DNA of 64,000 bases, taken from Octopus sinensis (taxonomy: Eukaryota). This document shows, in pieces, positions 54,421-64,000 of this stretch. The stretch lies in the NCBI RefSeq assembly GCF_006345805.1, contig NC_043009.1, positions 31,000,001-31,064,000 of the forward strand, given 5' to 3'. The position numbers and the translations under genes are program-made. The notes beneath the pieces were generated by a model, which saw nothing but the letters and a program-made list of their open reading frames with translations, had not been told where the DNA came from and searched no databases. How positions within the stretch are numbered: position 1 is the first letter of the stretch; every line of letters starts with the position of its first letter.

Positions 54421-57400
54421 TACATATCTATAAATTCATGACCCAACAGTCGCTAAATGAATGCACAACCGACCATGCTATATTTTGTCTCAATTTATGT
54501 GTGAATATTATAAGAAACATTAAAACCCACTCTTTATGATCTCCACAAGTTGTTCTGCTTGTTTCTTTGATTTATTACCCGATTCCATTGTGTCTGTCTT
54601 CTCAAATATTGCTTCTCACTTCTTCCAACAATAACCAAAGTCTCCCGACTTCACAACTACTACATCATCTCACTGTTTATTTTTCTGATTTATGTTAGAC
54701 TTGGTTGAGCCGTGGTGGTGATAAAGGTATTGATGTTGAGGTGGTGGTGGTGGTGGTGGTGGTGGTGGTGTAGTTGTTGTTGAAGTGGTGGTGGTGGTGG
54801 TGGTGGTGGTGGTGGTGTGCCAGAGGTGATTATAAGCACAAGACTGTCACAAATAGACAAGAACAGTAAATAAAAATAATTGCAAGACTCGGTAATTATT
54901 GCAGGACTGCTTCAAAGAGATGGGGGATATATTGGCAATATGAGGGAGGAAGCGCTAACAACAAATGAAGACAACTTTTCCAAAGATTCAGTTTGCCTGC
55001 AACTTGCCATTCCACTACAGAAACATAACAAAAACAACACTCATTATTGTTGTTGTTATCATTGCTCTCATCCTCCTCCACACTTCCTACAACTCTTCTT
55101 TTTCTTCGCATTATTGGTTTTAATTCATCCTTGTATCGTCTTCAGTCATTTTGACTTTGTGGCCCATAAAAGAAATTATTTGTGTGCTTGACGTCTATTT
55201 TTCCATGCTAGTATGGATTTGATGGATATACATTATTGAAGCTTTGTTTTATAGACCTTGTTACTAACCCTTAGCTGTATTTCAGGTAAGGGATCTTCTT
55301 AGTTGACTCATCAGTTGCACATGCTTTCCCATTCCCAAAAATCTTTCTCCAGCTTTTGTAAGGCATTGTGACCAGAGTCTACTTTTACTGTAAACCCAGA
55401 GATTATTTCATCTGCCTGCAGAAATTCATTCGTCCATTCTCTAGCGATTCACATCAGTTGCCACAGTTGCTGGTCACCTGATGATTTGCCTTCCGTGTTG
55501 GTTTCCCATTCTTTAACACTTTTGTTGTATTTCTTTCGAAATACAGTGAATCATTCTCCTCTTCCTTCTCCTCCTCCTCCTCATCATCATCATTTAGCAT
55601 CCATTTCCCATGCTGGCATGGGTTAGATGGTTTGACTGTAACTGATAAACCGGAGCTGCACCAGACTCCAGTCTGATTTTGGCTTGGTTTCTACAGCTGG
55701 ATGCCCTTCTTAACACCAACCACCCCAAGAGTGTAGTGGGTGCTTTTTATGTGTCACTGTCAGAGGTGCCCTTTGAATTAATTCTTGAAATAATGAACAA
55801 TTTACTAAAGTAACCAGGTTACTATTAAACTAACATTTGGAACATAAGTTAATGAGAAATTTTGACGATCGTTTTAAATTCAATCCTTTAAAATTTAAAC
55901 TGACCACAATCCGGCCCGAATATTCTATCAGTTATATCTTCAAACTGGCCAGATCTGGCTTCTCACACCAACACTGCAATGTTATTCTAAAACTAGACAA
56001 TCACTTCAACAAAATATTGAAGTTATGAGTTAACACATGATTGAAAACAATATGAATGATTAAGCATAACATTTGAGAGAGAATCTGAATGCCAAAGGCT
56101 TTTTAAATCACTTTAAAATAGGAAATTTGTGTCACAAAAGTAGAAGTGATCTCAGGGAGTTTTGCATTGGAAGGGACAACGCCTTAAATTCATCTGGGCA
56201 CATTGTTCTTGTAAATGGTGCCAATTCCATAAACAAGAAGATTCTGCAGAGATCAGACACCCAGCATGTCTCTGTTGTCCAAGAACTCAATGACTGAATG
56301 CTGCTTGTGCTTGGAACTCGTTACTTGCCTGCAATGTAAAAGAACAGGAAGGAGGGCTGCTATATAGACAGTGTTATAAGGCCATCGTCAACTTACGGCC
56401 ACAAGCGGTTCCGACTGACTGGTCCTAAGTCGACCTATAAGCCTACATAGTTTTGTTTTATATTTTTACATTCTTAAGGGACATTCTCAGGTAAAAGTTA
56501 CACACAGAATTCTGTATCATACTATTATACTGGCATCAGTAAAACATTTCCGAGTCTCAAGCAGTCATAAACAAATACAAGGTAGCCTCGATCTCTCCAC
56601 ACCAGGATAGTCATCCAACACAGTGGCGATCAATAACCAAACCTAGGGGAAGTGTTTGTTGGCTGACCTCATCTGTAGATGGGTTAATTTCGAAAAAAAT
56701 TAACCCCATTAGATTTCAACTGGACTATTTATTATTGCTGCTGGGTGCTAGCATGCCAATCATTGTGAAGCCAACTGGTTGTAAGTAGACTATGACCTGC
56801 ATGTATCTATAGATAGATAGCTGTGTGTGTGTGTATGTGTGTGTGTGTGGTGTGTGTGTGTGTGCGTGCGTGCTTGTGTAGAAGTGATCTTCAATGTAGA
56901 CCTGAAGCCAGAATAACACTACAGGTCTACAGTCTGGCCCATGAAAGCATGAAAAGTAGTGGATCAAACGCTGGTGATGAGGATGATGATGATGTTGATT
57001 TGATGATGATGGCAATGATGATGATGATGATGAAAATGATGAAGAGAAGGAGAAAAATGAGGATGAGGTTGTTGAAGAAAGTGATGATGATAATCATTGT
57101 CATGAAGATGATGGTGGTGGTAGTGGTGGGGAGGAGGACAATGATGATGAGGAGTAAAAGACAGAAGCAATGATGATGACAATGATGAAGGTAGTGATGA
57201 TGATGTTGATGATGATTTTGATGATGATGATGAACTAACCAAGTGATTAATCATTTCATCTTCATTTTCATCTCATTCTATATTTGCCAAATTCTATCTT
57301 TTTAATTTGTCCATCCTGTCATTTGGTTTGTTCTGAAAGCCTCTTTCAGTTCTGCCGCTAAAACTTAGAAGTATTCAAAGTTCCTTTCAAGAATTGTGAC

Positions 57401-57904
57401 CTTTTTTTATTGTTTTTTTTTCTTTCTGTTGTCTTGTTTCAGTCAATTCTGAGATTACTTCCAATCTTCAGATATTGTCCAAGCAATGTCGTTTAATGTG
57501 ACAATGCTTCTCATTCCAAGTCATGTCTTTTAATTCTTCATCTACTTCTCTAACAATGACTACTACTACTACTGCTGCTGCTGCTGCTAACACCACAAAT
57601 ACTGCTAATGCCGCTTTATATATAAATGTACACATTCATATGTGTGCGTGTATGTGTGTATGTGTATGTCCAAGGAATGAAAGGTGAGAACTTGATATTT
57701 AACGATATCTTTCTATCTATCTATGTGTGTATATCGATCTATAAAACTACAGACACAGATATGTGGATGAATACAAATATAGAAGAGAAGTATGTAGGAA
57801 GACACCCAAATAGACAGATGACTGGAGTGGTGGTCTGAATAGGACTGGATTATACTATAATATACTACAATATAATATAGTATATTATATTAAATTAGTT
57901 TAAA

Positions 57905-58165
57905 GATACATCTTGCAGATACTCTGGGATGCATTGTCAGTGATGTTTCCAAGGTTTCAGGGTGTTAAGGATCTTTCAACATAAGAACCCCTTCGCCCAG
58001 TTGACCCCCACCTCCCCAGGGTTGACCAAGACGCAGCATGCATCCCAATGGCAACAAAGTACCGGTCTGTCCACTTTATCCAAAGCCATCTAGTGGCCTT
58101 CTTTACAGCCTCACTGTTGGAACTTAATGCCAACCTCTTTGCTTGCTTATAGCAGGGAAACATTT
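57905..58165 (-). mobile_element. REL-type LINE (Hero/NeSL-like) 3' end
   Basis: SEAVKKATRWLWIKW resembles the AAEkASrWLWiKR C-terminus; the 3' UTR includes gttgaaagatcc..aaacatcactgac..tcccagag. Confidence 0.5.
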
Positions 58166-61100
58166 ACAATATTACATATGACTTTTCGTGTGAGGGCTTA
58201 GCCGGATGGTTACTCCTTTTTATAAAGCGAATCTTACTGCTAGACTCCACCAAACTATGAAACCACTGGTGCCAACCGATACACATATTGCTTTCTAAAG
58301 GCAGCGAGCTGGCAGAATCATTAGCACACCAGGCAAAATGCTTAGCAGCGTTTCATTCAGCTTTATGTTCTGAGTTCAAATCTACCGAGGTTGACTTTGT
58401 CTTTTATCCTCTAGTGTAATATATAGATAGTACAATGTGGTTAATGTGGCTGTGTGTTATGTTATCACAAGAGTTCATACAGAGATGAATAAACAAATAC
58501 AAGATCTATACTTTTACTACATAAAAATATATTTAAATATTCATTTAGTGAAAACACATAGTCTCAAGTTGTAGTAGCAAAAAAGTTCAGAGGTAGGAAG
58601 TGTAAGACAACAGTGAAGGGGTGGCTTTCAGTCATATCGGCTATGTGGCATAGAGAAATAGACAGACATAGCCAGAACGTGAATGGCTCTAAGTCTAATC
58701 AACTAAGAAGCAAAAAGCTGGGTTAACAAGCTGCTTTTATTAATGGGACACTAGACATTCTAGAAACTTCCAAACGTAACACCAAGCTTCTTGAATAATC
58801 AAGAATCATGTCTCATGACACAGATATTTCAGGAATCTTAGTTGAATGATCTCCTTTCCAAGAAAGATCATAGAGTAACCTCTCTTTCTATCTACACTGC
58901 TACAAACCTTTCAGGGTTGACAAAATAAGTACCAGCTGTGTGCTGGGGATTGATGCAATTGGCTTACCTCAATCTCTGAAGCTACTGGCCTTGCACCAAT
59001 ATCTGAAACCAATGTTACATATTCTTTTCCACTCTAGGCACAAGGCCTAAAAATTTTTAGGGAGAGGGCCAGTCGATTAGATCGACCCCAGTACTCAACT
59101 GGTACTTAATTTATCGACCCCGAAAGGATGAAAGGCAAAGTTGATCTCAGTGAAATTTGAACACAGGACGTAAAGATAGATGAAACGCCGCAAAGCATTT
59201 CGCCCAGTGTGCTAACGTTTCTGCCAATGTTACCAATATTACATATTATTTCATAACAGCTGCTTTACTATTAAATATCCCACTTTCAGAGTAATTACAC
59301 AGAGTAACCGTAAAGAAAAGGAACTACAAAAGGATTGATAAGGGAAATGACACCTGGCTTTAAAACTCTGCCTCTTCATAAAACCTTTCTAAACAATGTT
59401 ACCTTTAATTTTTTGCAGCAGTGATGTACAGAAATTTGCACATAATACAAATTTTGTTTTTCTTTGCAAAATATGTGCACAATGATGCAAGTAACCATCG
59501 TCTTCAATAGAAAAAAAAAACTGTGATATAATCTTGGAAACCTTGTGTGTACACATTTCTCCCTTTGTGCGCCGTCTGTGAAGCATATGTGCACATGCAC
59601 AACTGCAAAGCTTAGAGGAAGACTGCCTCCAACCAGTGCCAGCATGGAAGAGGCAGAACTAAGATACTGATGACGATGATGATGATGATGAACGTCGTCA
59701 TGGTAGTGGTGGTGATGATGATGATGATGGTGGTGGTGGCACTGGTGATAATGATGATGACAGTGATGATAACAATGATGCCATTGACAGTGAGAATAAT
59801 GAGGACAATGATGATGATAATTGTGTTTAAGATGATTATGAAAGTGATGATGATAAAGTTAATATAATGAGCTGCAGTCTTCCTCATAATACTATTGCAT
59901 AAAACTGAGTGTATACTATACAAAAGTGGTAAATTCCTCAGTAGTTGACTGAGCAACGCAAGTTCCATTTCTGGCTGAAGCTGTTTACTTACTCTTATAA
60001 ATCACTTGTTAAGCTTATCTCCACACACTATCTATAGAAATGACAACCAGTACTGATTTCTTACCATGTTTTGTATCCAAATATGTCTGATATAAACAAC
60101 GAGACTGAAGATGTAAAAATGGGTAACTGGTGTACATGCATATTTCGGGAGTTTTTGTTCTTTCATCAGTACCACATCCAACCCATTAACTGCTCATGAA
60201 AACATTGCTTAAACAGCCACTAAATTTAGTGGATTAACATTATTGGATATACTAATTTTATGTATTAAACACACTCCTGCATTAAATGTACTCCAATACG
60301 AAATGTCGTAGCAAATCAGAGCAAGCTATAATATGCATAGAAAATCTGTAGAGTTAACCTTTACAAAGGATTTAATAGCACTGCTATCACAGTAGGACAC
60401 ACTATTGACTTATAAAAGCATTCAATATACCTGGTAGTATATTATGGTTGCATAAATAAGTACAGTGTCCCTATGAATCGTTAACACTTGTAAATATTCT
60501 ACAGTATCGTTATACAAGCATACGTCTCTGGAAGATTTACCAAATTCTATTAAGGCAAAAACTTCCCAAGACATGCTGTGATATGTTATATCTACATGTA
60601 AAGATAATATTTCAGAAACCATGCAAATTTATTCAAAAAATGCTAATTCTTATTTCACTGTACCAGCAACCTGCTTACCATATTTAGTCTAAGATACTTC
60701 AAGTTTCTCTAAAAGAAAATTCTTATCTTCAGGAAAGAAACACACTTCAGACATAGATCTACCTTCTAAATTTAATTTGCTATATTTTATTTGGCTATTT
60801 ATTTATGTATTTATTTACTTACTTTTGTTCTGAGATTATCAACCAAAATAGGTTTGTAATGAATTTTAAAAGCTAAATTATTTTGCTGAAGAATACTAAA
60901 AGAGATATGGTAGGAAAAGAAGAAGATTTTTGACAGCACACTCTGCAGATTCATATGATAGCATAACAAAAATGAACAAAATAAAGTAATTGCTTAAAAA
61001 TTCCCTTCAAACCATTTAAAATTCTCTTGGACTGCAATTCTCATTAAGAAAGAGAAAGTGGAAAAGAAAGAAAAAAATAACAAACAAAACAAAAGACCCA

Positions 61101-61794
61101 ACACTCTACTAATGTTTATTTCAAGTAGGTTTTTGTGTTTCGAGAAACAACTTTTTTGTTGTTGTCCTTGTTTGATTACTTTTTCCCTCTCACTATGCTT
61201 CATTGCTGCAAAATTTTGCAATGCCTAAAATACTTGATAATTAGATAATTAATAGGTTTAATAATGTTGTCTATCAGGCAATTAATACAATAAAGACTTC
61301 AAACATAAATTCTTGAAGTCATTCAAAAAGTATCCTTTTAGATATACTTTTATTGAAAATTTATTTAAATTCTAAATAACATATCATTAACTGTTTACAT
61401 ATAATTTTATGCTAAATTTTTCAATACTTATGTGGGTTTGATAAGTTTTCAAATACAAATATAATATGGCATGTATTTTTATTGGCAGCAATGAATTTCA
61501 AATGACTGGCAGACCAGGTGATTATTCTATCAATTGCTGTTTTAACAATTCCGAGGTCATATTTCTAATAAAATACACAGTCTGTGTGATTTAATGAATT
61601 CTAAAATTCTGACAATATAAATTAAGATATAATTACTAAGAAAATGGCCGTGTTAAAACATTTGTTTGACAACCACGTTTTGGGTTCTGTTACACTGGAT
61701 GACATACTGGATAAATGTTTTCTGCAATGGCCTCAGGTCAATCAAAGCCTCAGGGTAATGAATTTGGTAAATAGAAACTGACTTGCATGAGTAT

Positions 61795-62190
61795 ACTCTT
61801 TTACTTGTTTCAGTCATTTGATTGCGGCCATGCTGGAGCACCACCTTTAGTCAAGCAAATCGACCCCGGGACTTATTCTTTGTAAGCCCAGTACTTATTC
61901 TATTGGTCTCTTTTGCCGAACTGCTAAGTGATGGGGACGTAAACACACCAGCATCGGTTGTCAAGCAATGCTAGGGGGACAAACACAGACATACAAACAC
62001 ATACACACACATATATATATATATATATGACAGGCTTCTTTCAGTTTCCATCTACCAAATTCACTCACAAGGCATTGGTCAGCCCGGGGCTATAGCAGAA
62101 GACACTTGCCCAAGGTGCCACGCAGTGGGACTGAACCCAGAACCATGTGGTTGGTTAGCAAGCTACTTACCACACAGCCACTCCTGCACC
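61795..62190 (-). mobile_element. SINE family B, well preserved
   Basis: Similar to the other copies. Confidence 0.85.
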
Positions 62191-63079
62191 TATGTGCATA
62201 AATATATATAATATATAAAAATATGTGTGTGTTCATGTGTGTATGTGCATGTGTGTGTTTGTATGTGCATGTATGTGTGTGTGTCTCCTTGTCTGATCCA
62301 TGCAAGCGGGAAAAAGTGGTTGCAAAACAATGATAATGACAATGATGATGTTAATGATGATGACAACAATGATGAAGAAGCCACAACAGAATCCCTTTCA
62401 GCACTAGACTGATTATGTTAGGAACATATTGTCTATGAGGAAAAGAGAAATTCTTCTCATGTGACATACACAACAGTAATTAGCATGTTTTCCTTTTTTT
62501 GAACCTGCTATATATTAGGAATACATTTGCAAATCATTGTTTTGAATTTCACTGACCACAGAACAAATGGCTTATTTTCACTTGGCAGATTGTAGCACAG
62601 ATCAGCAAACAGTTATCAGAAATTCTAAAATGTTCAAAGGTTTTGAATTTCTTCGATTGAATCAAGTGTGTTATGAACATATTGTTATTATAAAAATTAG
62701 ATGTTCTCCTGTGACATACACAACAATGGTTAGCATATTTTGTGTTTGAATCAGCTGGAAAGTATTACAAATGAACATGCAAGTTATTGTTCCAGGTTTC
62801 ACAGTTTAAAGTGGAAAAAACAATTTTTTGAATTATGTGGGTATTTACATTTATGAACAAGAACCATTATGCAACATAGACTGATGTTTGTTGAATACTG
62901 TTGGTAAAGATGGTCTGAATTTATACATCAGTTATTACTGCAGGATCAAGTACATGGTGAAAGAAGAAATAGACCTTGTCAAACACATGTGTCATGACCA
63001 AAGGAGGACAGTAAAGAAACTGAATTCTGTTAATGATTGAGAATAGGGAAGTGTGGAGAAAACGAGTCACTGTGATCAT

Positions 63080-64000
63080 CATCATCATCATCATCATCAT
63101 CATTTAGCGTCCGTTTTCCATGCTAGCATGGGTTGGACGGTTCTACTGGGGTCTGTGAAGCCAGAAGGCTTCATCAGGCCCAGTCAAATCTGGCAGTGTT
63201 TCTACGGCTGGATGCCCTTCCTAACGCCAACCACTCCGTGAGTGTAGTGGGTGCTTTTTACGTGCCACCCGCACTGGTGCCAGACAGAGCTGGCAAACGG
63301 CCACGAACGGATGGTGCTTTTTATGTGCCACCGGCACGAGGGCCAGGCGAGGCTGGCAACGGACACGAAACGGGGCGGTGCTGGCAACGGTCGCGAAACG
63401 GAAAGTTCTCTTACATGCCACCGGCACTGGTAACACATCTGCAATTTCCATTGATCGATTTCCATTGATCGATTTCGATTCTGATCCTCACTTGCCTCAA
63501 TGGGTCTTCACAAGCAGAGTTTCGACATGCCACCGGCACTGGTAGCACATCCGCAATTTCCATTGATCGATTTCGATTCTGATCCTCACTTGCCTCAACA
63601 CGTCTTCACAAGTAGAGTTTTGTGTCCCAAGAAGGGAAGGTATGCATACGTAGGCTGGCTCCATCCCATGTAGAAGGCCACGGGTTGTGGACTCACTTGT
63701 CCTGCCGGGTCTTCTCGCGCACAGCACACTTCCAGAGGTCTCGTCTCTAGTCATTTCCTCAGTGAGACCTAAAGTTCGAAGGTCGTGCTTCACCACCTCG
63801 TCCCAGGTTTTCCTGGGTCTGCCTCTTCCACAGGTTCCCTCAACCGCTAGGGTGTGGCACTTTTTCACACAACTATCTTCATCCATTCTCGCCACATGAC
63901 CATACCAGCGCAAACGTCTCTCTTGCACACCACAACTGATGCTTCTTAGGTCCAGCTTTTCTCTCAAGGTACTTACACTCTGCCGAGTGTGAGTACCGGC
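63080..64000 (-). mobile_element. RTE-clade LINE: ORF C-terminus (~63690-64000, continuing beyond the window) and 3' UTR ending in (gat)n
   Basis: QERRLRWYGHVARMDEDSCVKKC...GRGRPRKTWDEVVKHDL is the typical RTE C-terminal motif. Confidence 0.9.

Noticed and set aside
60490-60780. S/T-rich reading frame with two stops, resembling a pseudogene
   Set aside because: No recognisable motif; such frames occur by chance.
62440-62760. Two ~45-bp similar blocks 250 bp apart, suggesting a decayed zinc-finger array
   Set aside because: No CxxC/HxxxH/TGEKP pattern in any frame.

Overview
AT-rich eukaryotic DNA dominated by repeats, with long (TA)n, (CA)n, (TATG)n, (TAGA)n, (AAT)n and (ATC)n microsatellites. 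The SINE and RTE families resemble those I recall from Octopus, so the taxon is an inference. Most ORFs in the supplied track are microsatellite translations. No known host gene is recognisable; one short spliced candidate (5.6-16.1 kb, +) rests only on splice signals. Recognisable coding remnants are all transposon-derived: RTE reverse transcriptase C-terminus, Penelope GIY-YIG endonuclease, mariner transposases, and REL-type and CR1/L2-type LINE ends. The main unexplained signal is about 15 full or partial minimal type I hammerhead ribozyme (HHR) motifs between 0.3 and 39 kb. They fall into roughly 8 sequence families that share the core (CUGANGA...GAAA...UH), family-specific paired helix I and a self-complementary helix III. 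They sit in Penelope-like inverted and tandem non-autonomous elements. These include a 460-nt and a 506-nt retrozyme-like repeat and a head-to-head chimera of a tRNA-like SINE head with an HHR-bearing tail. All structures were folded by eye; no searches were run.
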